A stretch of 64,000 bases of DNA from Acidimicrobiales bacterium. GTDB lineage: Bacteria > Actinomycetota > Acidimicrobiia > Acidimicrobiales > Aldehydirespiratoraceae. A model generated the notes under the pieces. It saw nothing but the letters and a program-made list of their open reading frames with translations, had not been told where the DNA came from and made no database searches. The translations under genes were made by a program, and so were the position numbers. The stretch is from NCBI GenBank assembly GCA_965116665.1, contig OZ220709.1, positions 2,132,062 to 2,196,061 of the forward strand, in the 5' to 3' direction. This document shows positions 17,818 through 26,963 of this stretch, in pieces (positions within the stretch are counted from its first letter, which is position 1; the number at the start of each line of letters is the position of its first letter).

Positions 17818-18981
17818 CTAGCCCTCCGCGTCCGCTTCGTGGGAGGCTGCGCCCCCGTCGAGCGCCGCGGCCACCTCCGGGTTCACCACCTCGCCGTCGA
17901 GCGACACGAGCATGGCCGCGAGGATCTCGTCGTCGGTGCGGAGGTCCATCTCGCCGTCGGGAGCGAGATGAAGCAGGACCGCGACGAGGTTGCGGGAGAA
18001 CATCTGGCTGGCGTGGCGAGAGCACCGCGACACCAGGTCGGTGGGGGCCAGCACGGTCACGCCGCCCCGGTCGATCTCTGCGTCGGACTGCGACACGGCG
18101 CAGTTGCCGCCGCGCTCGGAGGCCAGATCGATGACGACCGAGCCGGGAGCCATGGCGTCGACCATCGATGCGGTGAGCAGCAGGGGCGAAGCTCGCCCGG
18201 GGATGGCCGCGGTGGTGATGACCACGTCGGATGCGGCCACGTAGGGGGCCAGCAATTCCTGCTGCCTGCCGGCGACATCGTCGCTCTGGGCACGCGCGTA
18301 GCCGCCGGCGTCCTCGGCGCCGGCCGCGCCGGCCCCCGCCTCGTCGAGGTCGAGTTCCACGGCACGGGCTCCCATCGAGCGGATCTGCTCGACGGCCGCG
18401 GGGCGCACGTCGTAGCCCTCGACCACCGCGCCGAGACGGCGAGAGGTGGCGATGGCCTGCAGGCCGGCCACGCCGGCCCCCAGCACTAGGACCCGAGCCG
18501 GCGCCAGGGTCCCGGCGGCCGTCATCATCAGCGGGAACATCTGCGGCAGCCGGCTCGCAGCCAGCAGGACCGACTCGTAGCCGGCGATGGTTCCCATCGA
18601 TGACAGCACGTCCATGCTCTGGGCCCGGGTGATGCGGGGGACCAGGTCCAAGGAGAAAGCGGTGGTGCCATCATCGGCGTACCGTTTCGCTCGGGACGGC
18701 ACCCACAGCGGGTCGAACACGCCGACGAAGGCGGCCGGGGCCGCACCGCCCTGTGAAAGGTCGCGCACCGAGACCACCAGGTCGGCCCCGGCCACCTTGG
18801 CGGCTGGGGCCACGGATGCCCCCGCCTGGAGGTAGGAGTCGTCGTCGATTCCGGCATCCCGACCGGCGCCCTGCTCGACCACCAGCTCGAAGCCGTGCTG
18901 CGTGAGCGTCTCGACCCCGGCGGGGACGAGGGCCACGCGTTTCTCCCTAGGCGCGGATTCGCGCAGCAGTCCCAGGCGCAC
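17818..18981 (-). CDS. pntAA: NAD(P) transhydrogenase subunit alpha part 1
   Basis: 387 aa. Alanine dehydrogenase/PNT N- and C-domains: E.R(V)ALVP, VLVLGAGVAGLQAIATSRRLGA, AIPGR.SP.L. GTG start. Confidence 0.9.
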   Translation of the reverse strand: MRLGLLRESAPREKRVALVPAGVETLTQHGFELVVEQGAGRDAGIDDDSYLQAGASVAPAAKVAGADLVVSVRDLSQGGAAPAAFVGVFDPLWVPSRAKRYADDGTTAFSLDLVPRITRAQSMDVLSSMGTIAGYESVLLAASRLPQMFPLMMTAAGTLAPARVLVLGAGVAGLQAIATSRRLGAVVEGYDVRPAAVEQIRSMGARAVELDLDEAGAGAAGAEDAGGYARAQSDDVAGRQQELLAPYVAASDVVITTAAIPGRASPLLLTASMVDAMAPGSVVIDLASERGGNCAVSQSDAEIDRGGVTVLAPTDLVSRCSRHASQMFSRNLVAVLLHLAPDGEMDLRTDDEILAAMLVSLDGEVVNPEVAAALDGGAASHEADAEG

Positions 18982-19077
18982 GAAGCATGGAGCCTAGCCG
19001 GGGCAAGACTTGAACTCGCCCCCCACCTCCTCGGCCCCTAGTCTCCGGCTGTTCGCATCCCGTCGATGCTCTGAGAG

Positions 19078-20634
19078 GTGAGCGTGAGCACCATCATCCA
19101 CTCCAGCCCGCTGCCCGATGTGGCCATTCCCGAGGTGTCCATCACCGACTGCGTGTTCGCGTCGGCCGCCGAGCGCGCCGACGAAGTCGCCATCACCGAC
19201 GGGGACGCCTCGTCCTACACCTACTCGCAGCTGCACGGCGCGATCCGGAGCCTCGGCGGTGGTCTGAGCTCGAACGGTGTGGGCCCGGGCACCACCGTCG
19301 GCATCCTGGCGCCAAACATCCCCGAGTACGCCATCGCCTTCCACGGCATCGCGCTGGCGGGAGGCACGGTCACCACCATCAACCCCACCTACCGGCCCGA
19401 GGAGGTGGGCTTCCAGCTCCAGGACGCGTCCGCGTCGCTGCTGGTGACCATCCCGATGTTCCTCGAGACCGCCCGGGCCGCGGCGAAGGGCACCGGAGTG
19501 GAGGAGATCGTGGTCATGGGCGAGGCCGACGGCGCGACGCCGTTGGGATCATTGTTCGGCGAGCCCATCGACCAGGTGCCGGTCGACTACGCGGAGCATG
19601 TGGTCGTGCTGCCCTACTCGTCGGGCACTACCGGTCTGCCCAAGGGGGTGATGCTGACCCACCGCAATCTCGTCGCCAACATCGCCCAGATGGAGCACAC
19701 CTTCATCCCCTCCGACGGGGAGGCGGCCCTGGCCGTGCTGCCGTTCTTCCACATCTACGGGATGCAGGTGCTGATGAACATGCTGCTCGCCCTCGGTGTG
19801 AGGGTGGTGACCATGCCCCGCTTCGACATGGTGCGAGCGCTGGAGCTCGTGCAGAGCGAGAAGATCACGCGGTTCTTCGCGGTGCCGCCGATGGTGCTGG
19901 GACTGGCCAAGCATCCGGTCGTGGACGAATTCGACCTCTCGTCGGTCAAGCAGATCTTCTCGGGCGCGGCCCCGCTGGGTGCGGACCTGGCCGCGGCAGC
20001 CGCGGCCCGGGTGGGCTGCGAGGTCGTGCAGGGCTACGGGATGACCGAACTCAGCCCGGTCAGCCACTGCACGCCCGCCGGCCAGTTCCGGCCGGGAACA
20101 AGCGGGGTGACCATCTCCAATACCGAGATCCGGATCGTCGACCCCGGAACGGGCGCCGACCTCGACGTGGGCGGGCGGGGCGAGCTGCTGGTGCGGGGCC
20201 CGCAGGTGATGAAGGGCTATCTGAACAACCCGGACGCCACCGCCGAGACCCTCGACGCCGACGGTTGGCTCCACACCGGAGACGTGGCCGTGCTCGACCG
20301 CGAGGGCCACGTCTCGATCGTCGACCGCATCAAGGAGCTGATCAAGTACAAGGGCTTCCAGGTCGCTCCCGCGGAGCTGGAGGCGGTGCTGATCACCCAT
20401 CCGGCGGTGGCCGACGCAGCGGTGATCGGCGTCCCCGACGAGGAGGCCGGGGAGCTTCCCAAAGCCTTCGTCGCCCTTGCTCCGGGCGCGGAGGCTCCAA
20501 GCCTCGCCGAGATCCAGTCCCACGTGGGGGAGCATCTGGCCACCTACAAGCAGGTGCGGGAGATGGAGGTGCTGGAGGCCATCCCCAAGAGCGCCTCCGG
20601 CAAGATCCTGAGGCGCGAACTCAGGGACCGCTGA
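19078..20634 (+). CDS. AMP-dependent acyl-CoA ligase (4-coumarate-CoA ligase-like)
   Basis: 518 aa. AMP-binding motifs: LPYSSGTTGLPKGVMLTHRN, GYGMTE, TGD, KYKGFQVAPAELE, PKSASGKILRR. Confidence 0.85.
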   Translation: MSVSTIIHSSPLPDVAIPEVSITDCVFASAAERADEVAITDGDASSYTYSQLHGAIRSLGGGLSSNGVGPGTTVGILAPNIPEYAIAFHGIALAGGTVTTINPTYRPEEVGFQLQDASASLLVTIPMFLETARAAAKGTGVEEIVVMGEADGATPLGSLFGEPIDQVPVDYAEHVVVLPYSSGTTGLPKGVMLTHRNLVANIAQMEHTFIPSDGEAALAVLPFFHIYGMQVLMNMLLALGVRVVTMPRFDMVRALELVQSEKITRFFAVPPMVLGLAKHPVVDEFDLSSVKQIFSGAAPLGADLAAAAAARVGCEVVQGYGMTELSPVSHCTPAGQFRPGTSGVTISNTEIRIVDPGTGADLDVGGRGELLVRGPQVMKGYLNNPDATAETLDADGWLHTGDVAVLDREGHVSIVDRIKELIKYKGFQVAPAELEAVLITHPAVADAAVIGVPDEEAGELPKAFVALAPGAEAPSLAEIQSHVGEHLATYKQVREMEVLEAIPKSASGKILRRELRDR

Positions 20635-20750
20635 GAGCTCCAACAATCCGCGCCCGGCATGCATGGTTGCCGTGCGGTTCGTCTAGGGTGCTACGCGATG
20701 TCCGCAGCCGGCTGAGTTCCGGCCACGAGAACACGAAAGGAACGCGACCG

Positions 20751-21665
20751 ATGGCAACACCGCAGGCGGCGATTCTCACCGATTTGGAGAAGTACCAGTG
20801 GTACACCCACATGAGCCGGGTCGACGGCGCCGACCTCGACGTGATCCGTCAGGCGCTCAGCGACTGCCGCGCCGACGCCGCAGCCCAGGGTGTGAACCTC
20901 TGCATCCTGCTGGGCCCGACGCTGGCCGCGGACCTCGGCATCGAGACCGGCGAGGACTTCCAGCCCTACCCCGGCTACACCTCGCCCGACGGTTCCCGGG
21001 TGGCCAAGGGCACCCAGGAGGAGCTGCTCATCTGGGTCCACGACGACGAGAAGGACCTGATCTGGGAAGTCCAGCACACGTTCCGGCGCGCCGTGGCCGG
21101 CCACATGGCGGTGGCCCGCGAGACGCCGACGTTCATCTACAAGAACAGCCTCGATCTCACCGGCCACATCGACGGCACCGGCAACCCGGAGCCCGAGGAC
21201 CAGCACGACCGGGCCATCATCGGTGACGGCGACGCGGGCGCGGGAGGTTCGTTCTGCATCGCCCAGCGCTGGGTGCACGACATGGATTACTGGGCCTCGC
21301 TGTCGCTGGAGCAGGAGGAGAACACCTTCGGCCGGACCAAGGCCGACTCCGTCAAACTCGACGTGCAGGTGCCGACATCGCACCTGTCCCATGTGGAGCT
21401 GCGGGAGGGCGCCACTGCCGACGAGTCAACCCCGAAGCGGGGCGAGATGGTGCGGCGCTCCACGCCGTACGCCTTCCACGATGGAACCGTCGGGCTGTAC
21501 TTCATGGGGTTCTGCAAGACCCAGGCTCCGATGCGGGAGCGCATGCATGCCATGTACGGCATCAACGGCCAGGAGCCCGACGCCATCACGAACTACTCCA
21601 CGCCGGCGTCGGGGTCGTTCTACTTCGCCCCGTCGGTGGAGGCACTCGACGCGGCTTTGCCCTAG
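20751..21665 (+). CDS. Dyp-type peroxidase family protein
   Basis: 304 aa from ATG 20751; the track ORF from 20265 is over-extended. Contains the GxxDG motif (LTGHIDGTGNP), SHLSHV and VRRSTPY. Confidence 0.8.
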   Translation: MATPQAAILTDLEKYQWYTHMSRVDGADLDVIRQALSDCRADAAAQGVNLCILLGPTLAADLGIETGEDFQPYPGYTSPDGSRVAKGTQEELLIWVHDDEKDLIWEVQHTFRRAVAGHMAVARETPTFIYKNSLDLTGHIDGTGNPEPEDQHDRAIIGDGDAGAGGSFCIAQRWVHDMDYWASLSLEQEENTFGRTKADSVKLDVQVPTSHLSHVELREGATADESTPKRGEMVRRSTPYAFHDGTVGLYFMGFCKTQAPMRERMHAMYGINGQEPDAITNYSTPASGSFYFAPSVEALDAALP

Positions 21666-21757
21666 CGGCGCCCGAGACCGAGCGGACAGGCGCGAGCGCC
21701 GGGGCGGCACCCCGGCGCCGGTCGGGGCCGGACCATTCTCAAGTTGACGGCAGCGAC

Positions 21758-22447
21758 GTGACATCGCAGTTCGTCTTCGGCGTCGACCTCGACGGGGTGG
21801 TCGCCGACTACACGGTCGGGTTCGCGAAGATCGTTGCCGAGATCAGGGGGGTCGACCCGGCGTCGCTGCCGGACGAGAGGTCCTACGACTTCCGCGAGTG
21901 GGGGCTGAGTCCGGACGAGTTCGAGCGATACCACGCCACGGCTGTCACCGAGCACCGGATGCTGGCCGAGCTGCCCGCCATCGACGGCGCGGCCGAGGCC
22001 CTGTGGCGCCTGTCCGACGCGGGCGTGTGGATCCGGGTCATCACCCACCGCCTCTACGTCAACTGGGGCCACGCCGAGGCGGTGGGAGACACGGTGCAGT
22101 GGCTCGACGCTGAGCGCATTCCGTATCGCGACATCTGCTTCCTGGGGAACAAGCCCGAGGTGGAAGCGGACTGCTATGTCGACGACGCTCCCCACAACAT
22201 CTCGGCACTGAGGGCCGGCGGGAACGACGTCATCGTGTTCGATCAGCCCTACAACCGTGACGAAGCCGATCCGAGGGCCCGTAGCTGGCGCGAGGTCGAG
22301 CAGCTGGTCATGGACCGGTTCACCGAGTGGAGGGGCGCAGCGGGGGTCCAGCCGCAGCTCCCCGGAATTGACGCCGGCAAGGACCGTCTGACCGAGCGCC
22401 GGTCCGCCAGCGTAGCGGCCCCAGCGCCCTCCGAGCACGAGAGCTAG
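21758..22447 (+). CDS. HAD-superfamily 5'(3')-deoxyribonucleotidase-like (NT5C) protein
   Basis: Contains the HAD motif I (VDLDGVVADY) and a downstream YVDDAPHN motif. Size and layout fit the NT5C family. Confidence 0.65.
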   Translation: MTSQFVFGVDLDGVVADYTVGFAKIVAEIRGVDPASLPDERSYDFREWGLSPDEFERYHATAVTEHRMLAELPAIDGAAEALWRLSDAGVWIRVITHRLYVNWGHAEAVGDTVQWLDAERIPYRDICFLGNKPEVEADCYVDDAPHNISALRAGGNDVIVFDQPYNRDEADPRARSWREVEQLVMDRFTEWRGAAGVQPQLPGIDAGKDRLTERRSASVAAPAPSEHES

Positions 22448-22616
22448 AGCTACCCGGCGGGGGAAGCCTGCCCAACCGAAATATGTAGCGAAACCCGTCG
22501 CCTAGGAGCAATAGCCGCTCTGATAATGAAGCCAGCCGCGCGCCGGCCGGTCAGGCCTGGAGTTGGCTGGGCGCCTCGCCGGGCCCGCTCATGCACTGCG
22601 GCCTCGCCGACTGGTG

Positions 22617-23642
22617 TCAGGCGCTGAGGATCTCGAAGGGCGACGCGTCGCCGGGCACCTCCCGGACGTTGACGGCCCCACCGCTGCGCCGGACCGACAA
22701 GGCGGCTGCCGACGCGATCGTCAGGGATGACGAGGCGACGGCAAGGTCGGGCCATGGGCGGGCCCCGCCCTCACCGGTTCGGGCCAGCCGTTCGATCTGG
22801 GCCACGAATCCGAGGGCGGCGAGAGGATGCGACGAACCCGGGGACGCATCAACCACCGCACCGTCGATCTCCGCGACGGGCACCGGCCAGATGTCCACCC
22901 GGGCCACGCGGGCCGGATCGGCCGCCTCTACCGAGGCCTCGGCTACCCGGGCACCCCAACTCAGCTCCGCTCGGGCTCGGCGCCCGCCCGCGGCGTGCAA
23001 CACCACCTCTGCCGCGTGGTCGAGCCCGCCGGTGATGCCGGCTCGCGGCGTCGAGACGGACTCAACTGCGGCTCCCATGGCCGCGAGCAGGATCGGCCAG
23101 AATCCGGCGCCCGGATCGACCGTCACGCCGCCACCGAAGGCCCGGCCCGCGCCGGGACCGCGGTCAGGGCGGGGCACAGCCAACCGCAGCTCCAGATGAT
23201 GCGGATCCATAGTGGCAACCGCCTCCAGCATCCGGCGCACAGCGGGAGCGTGCAGCAGGTTCGCCGAGGCCATGATGGGCGGACCCTCGACCAGCGCGCC
23301 GAGTTCGGCCGCCCCGCGGATGGTCGTGGACGCGGGCGATTCGACCAGCGCGGCCCGCAGCCGTCCGGACGAGCTCAACCCGGCCAGCGCCTCAGCACAC
23401 GCGGCCGGAGGAGTGGCGATCACGGCCACATCGCAGACGCGGGCGAGTTCAGCCAACGTGAGGACGGGACAGTCCACCGCTCCGGCGAGAGCCGCGGCCC
23501 TCGGCGAGTCGGCCGAGGATGCGCTCACCCCCGCCAGCGTCACGCCACGGGCCGCCCGTACGGCCTCGGCGTGCAGGGTCGCGGCCCGGCCCGCCCCGAC
23601 GATCCCCACTGCGGTCACGCCAAGATGCTCGCACAGCCTCAT
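22617..23642 (-). CDS. Gfo/Idh/MocA-like NAD(P)-binding oxidoreductase
   Basis: From ATG 23642 (MRLCEHLGVTAVGIVGAGRAATLHAEAV..): Rossmann GxGxxA motif followed by a C-terminal alpha/beta domain. The track ORF to 23885 runs into the repeat array. Confidence 0.65.
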   Translation of the reverse strand: MRLCEHLGVTAVGIVGAGRAATLHAEAVRAARGVTLAGVSASSADSPRAAALAGAVDCPVLTLAELARVCDVAVIATPPAACAEALAGLSSSGRLRAALVESPASTTIRGAAELGALVEGPPIMASANLLHAPAVRRMLEAVATMDPHHLELRLAVPRPDRGPGAGRAFGGGVTVDPGAGFWPILLAAMGAAVESVSTPRAGITGGLDHAAEVVLHAAGGRRARAELSWGARVAEASVEAADPARVARVDIWPVPVAEIDGAVVDASPGSSHPLAALGFVAQIERLARTGEGGARPWPDLAVASSSLTIASAAALSVRRSGGAVNVREVPGDASPFEILSA

Positions 23643-23985
23643 GGTGGGTTGCGGCTCCTCCGCTCGGCCTCTTGCACTCCCGCTCCTGTTCGCTGCGCTC
23701 ACGGGCCGCTCGGGCCACGGCCTCACTACCCCCACCGCGCAACCACCATGGTTTGCGGCTCCTCCGCTCGGCCTCTTGCACTCCCGCTCCTGTTCGCTGC
23801 GCTCACGGGCCGCTCGGGCCACGGCCTCACTACCCCCACCGCGCAACCACCATCGTTTGCGGCTCCTCCGCTCGGCCTCAAGCACTCCCGCTCCTGTTCG
23901 CTGCGCTCACGGGCCGCTCGGGCCACGGCCTCACTACCCCCACCGCGCAACCACCATCGTTTGCGGCTCCTCCGCTCGGCCTCTT
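23640..23985 (-). repeat. Tandem array, 104-bp unit x about 3.3, abutting the oxidoreductase start codon
   Basis: The CAT(G/C)GTTTGCGGCTCCTCCGCTCGGCCTCTTGCACTCCCGCTCCTGTTCGCTGCGCTCACGGGCCGCTCGGGCCACGGCCTCACTACCCCCACCGCGCAACCAC unit recurs with its anchor at 23747, 23851 and 23955. The first unit (from 23640) is 107 bp. Confidence 0.9.
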
Positions 23986-24005
23986 AGTGTCTCGCCGTGC
24001 CCGAT

Positions 24006-24294
24006 GCCAATCCCCATGACGGTGACGCCCCTGACAGCGTCGACGAAGGCCCTGAGAGCGTTCATCCCTCGACACCGAGACCGAGCAACTCCACCACCGG
24101 CGGGACAATCTCTCCCAGCGCCAGGACTTGAGCACCGCCCGCCAATCCCCATGACGGTGACGCCCCTGACAGCGTCGACGAAGGCCCTGAGAGCGTTCAT
24201 CCGCTGTTGCAGATCCAGCGGCTCGACACCGAGACCGAGCAACTCCACCACCGGCGGGACAATCTCTCCCAGCGCCAGGACTTGAGCACCGCCC
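24006..24294 (+). repeat. Tandem segmental duplication (135 bp + 154 bp) covering the 5' end of the COG1579-like gene
   Basis: 24006-24140 and 24141-24294 are near identical. The exception is a 19-nt segment (GCTGTTGCAGATCCAGCGG) present only in copy 2. Confidence 0.85.
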
Positions 24295-24899
24295 GCACCG
24301 AGCAGGCTGAGCTGCAGGCCCAGATCGACACGGTCGCTCTGCAGCGGATCGAGGTCCTCACCCGCCAGAAGCGCCTCGAGGACGAGGCCGCCATCATCCA
24401 GGCCAAGGCCGACGTCGACGACAACCGCCTCTACTCCGGCGAGATAACCGCCATACGGGACCTTCAGGCTCTGCAGGACGAGATCGCTGGACTGCGATCC
24501 CGGCAAGGGATGCTGGAAGAGCGAGCGATCGAAGCGCTGGTGGAGGCGGAAGAGTTGACCGAGCAGGCCGAGACGCTGGAGGAGCAGCGCCGCGCCGGCG
24601 ACGAACGGATCACCGTGCTCAAAGCTGAGCTGGTATCGGCGGAAGCGGCCATTGACGAGCAGCTCACCGCGCTCTCGACGGCGAGAGCCGAGGCGGCCGC
24701 AACTGCTGAGACGGCCGCAGTGGCCCAGTATGAGCGGATGCGCGAGATGTTCGGACCGAGCACCGCGGTGCCTTTCGATCCGTCGTCGGGCTGTGGATGC
24801 CCCCATCAGATGCCCGCCGTCGAGGTGGCCCGCATCAAGCGCTGCGCGGAAGGCGAGGTACTGGACTGCGCCGAGTGCGGCCGGCTGGTGCTGCGCTGA
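24207..24899 (+). CDS. Coiled-coil protein with C-terminal C4 zinc ribbon (COG1579/DUF164-like)
   Basis: 230 aa. N-terminal LQIQRLDTETEQLHHRR, a long coiled coil, and a C-terminal CGCPHQM...CAECGRLVLR zinc ribbon. TTG start, uncertain. Confidence 0.75.
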   Translation: MQIQRLDTETEQLHHRRDNLSQRQDLSTARTEQAELQAQIDTVALQRIEVLTRQKRLEDEAAIIQAKADVDDNRLYSGEITAIRDLQALQDEIAGLRSRQGMLEERAIEALVEAEELTEQAETLEEQRRAGDERITVLKAELVSAEAAIDEQLTALSTARAEAAATAETAAVAQYERMREMFGPSTAVPFDPSSGCGCPHQMPAVEVARIKRCAEGEVLDCAECGRLVLR

Positions 24900-24928
24900 G
24901 AGGCCGCGCCGCGTAGGCAGCCCCTGAG

Positions 24929-25420
24929 GTGTTCTTCTGGTTCGCGGCGTGCGGGGTGGTGGCGGTAGCCCTGGTGTTCGGCAGCAGCGGCGTCGACTAC
25001 CGGGTCGTGGCCCTGGGCTCGCTGGTGCCCCTGACCGAGAACTTGACGGGGTCGCCCTGGGTGCTGCACACCCTCGCCGGCAGCGTCGTGCTGTTGACGG
25101 CCGTGATGCTCATCACCGCCGGCCGGGGCCGCAGGCTGCTGCGGCGGCGCTGGATCGGCCTGCCCATCGGCACCCTGGTGTTCCTGGTGGCCAGCGGGGC
25201 GTGGTCGCGAACCGCCCTGTTCTGGTGGCCGCTGGGCGGCAGCGGGGGAGTGGGCCACGACTCGCCCCCTGAACTCGGCTGGCCCCTGGCGGTGATGATC
25301 CTGCTGGAACTTACCGGGATCGCGGCGCTGGCTTGGACGGCCCACCGCTTCGGCCTGTCGGACCCCGACCGCCGCCGAGCCTTCCTGAAGTCAGGCCGCC
25401 TAACCCGCCCGACCACCTGA
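24929..25420 (+). CDS. Hypothetical polytopic membrane protein (possibly YdjM/DUF457-like)
   Basis: 163 aa with four hydrophobic segments, GC3 bias and a GTG start. Confidence 0.55.
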   Translation: MFFWFAACGVVAVALVFGSSGVDYRVVALGSLVPLTENLTGSPWVLHTLAGSVVLLTAVMLITAGRGRRLLRRRWIGLPIGTLVFLVASGAWSRTALFWWPLGGSGGVGHDSPPELGWPLAVMILLELTGIAALAWTAHRFGLSDPDRRRAFLKSGRLTRPTT

Positions 25421-25459
25421 TCCTCGCGAGGCCCCGGCAACCCGGGGAGTCACGAGGGG

Positions 25460-25818
<359 letters not shown>

Positions 25819-25892
25819 TTAGAGGTTAGTTAGCCTGAAGGACTGACGCGACGGCGACACCCGTTCAGCCGGCACGGGCCGGGAGGAAGGCA

Positions 25893-26933
25893 ATGACAAC
25901 GCTCGACACCTACGGCGGATGGCCCGGCGTACTGGGAACGCTCGCAGGCGGACAGGACATCGGCCCTGACGAGGCCCGGGCCGCGCTCGGTTCGATCCTC
26001 GCGGGTGAGGCGACCGACGCCCAGGTGGCCGCGTTCATCGTCGCCCTGCGGCTCAAGGGAGCAAAGGTGGGGGAGTTGAAGGGGCTGGTGGACGCCATGC
26101 GGGACGCGGCCACCCCCCTGGACATCCCGGCGGACTCCATCGACATCGTGGGCACCGGCGGCACCGCCGGTCGCAAGGCCCATGCGCTGAACGTCTCGAC
26201 GATGGCCTGCTTCGTCGCTGCGGGGGCGGGGGCGACGGTGTGCAAGCACGGCAACGTCAAGGCCTCGTCCAGCTCAGGCAGCTTCGACCTGCTGGACGCG
26301 GCCGGAGTGCCCATCGGCGTATCGCCGGAGCAAGTGGCCGAGATGGTCCGCACCGTGGGTCTGGGTTTCGCGTTCGCCAAGGCCTTCCACCCCGCCATGC
26401 GCCATGTGGCCGGCGTTCGCTCCCAGATCGGGATTCCCACGGTCTTCAACCTCTTGGGGCCTCTATCCCACCCGGGCCGCGTGCAACGCCAGGTGATCGG
26501 CGTACCCCAGGGGTCGCTGGCTCCCACCATGGCCGCGGTCCTGCAGGCCACGGGATCGGTGCGGTCGCTGGTCGTGCACGGCGACGGACTCTTCGACGAG
26601 CTCACCACCACGGGACCGAACCTGGTGGTGGAACTCAACGAAGGCAAGGTCACCGAATACGAGATGGACGCCGCCGACGCCGGGCTGGCCGCAGCGACAC
26701 CCGAAGAGCTGAGGGGCGGCGACGCGGTGGCGAACGCCAGGGTTCTCGCGGGTGTGCTGGCGGGCGAGCCCGGACCCAAGCGAGACATGGTCGTTCTCAA
26801 CGCGGCCGCGGGCCTGGTGGTAGCCGGCATCGCCGACGATCTCACCCAAGGCGTAGAGGCGGCTGCCGCCGCCATCGACGACGGGCGGGCCGCGAGGAAG
26901 TTCGACGAGGTGACCGCAGCATCGACCGGATGA
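25893..26933 (+). CDS. trpD: Anthranilate phosphoribosyltransferase
   Basis: 346 aa. Motifs: VDIVGTGGTAG..HALNVST, CKHGN, GPLSHP. The SD GGGAGGAAGG precedes the ATG. Confidence 0.9.
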   Translation: MTTLDTYGGWPGVLGTLAGGQDIGPDEARAALGSILAGEATDAQVAAFIVALRLKGAKVGELKGLVDAMRDAATPLDIPADSIDIVGTGGTAGRKAHALNVSTMACFVAAGAGATVCKHGNVKASSSSGSFDLLDAAGVPIGVSPEQVAEMVRTVGLGFAFAKAFHPAMRHVAGVRSQIGIPTVFNLLGPLSHPGRVQRQVIGVPQGSLAPTMAAVLQATGSVRSLVVHGDGLFDELTTTGPNLVVELNEGKVTEYEMDAADAGLAAATPEELRGGDAVANARVLAGVLAGEPGPKRDMVVLNAAAGLVVAGIADDLTQGVEAAAAAIDDGRAARKFDEVTAASTG

Positions 26934-26963
26934 CCCGCCCGACGGCCGAGAACGGCAGGCAAG

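Noticed and set aside
16062-18489. ORFs 16062..17315(-), 16445..17170(+), 16605..17462(+) and 17557..18489(+)
   Set aside because: They are out of frame with or antisense to pntB/pntAB/pntAA. They have low-complexity R/G/P/A composition and no motifs.
23640-23985. Possible CRISPR array
   Set aside because: The 104-bp units are contiguous with no unique spacers. The unit is far longer than a CRISPR repeat, and there are no cas genes nearby.
22827-24806. ORFs of 386, 357 and 290 aa running through the repeat region
   Set aside because: Their translations simply repeat the tandem DNA units (..CSLRSRAARATAS..), or they are antisense to the oxidoreductase and COG1579-like genes.
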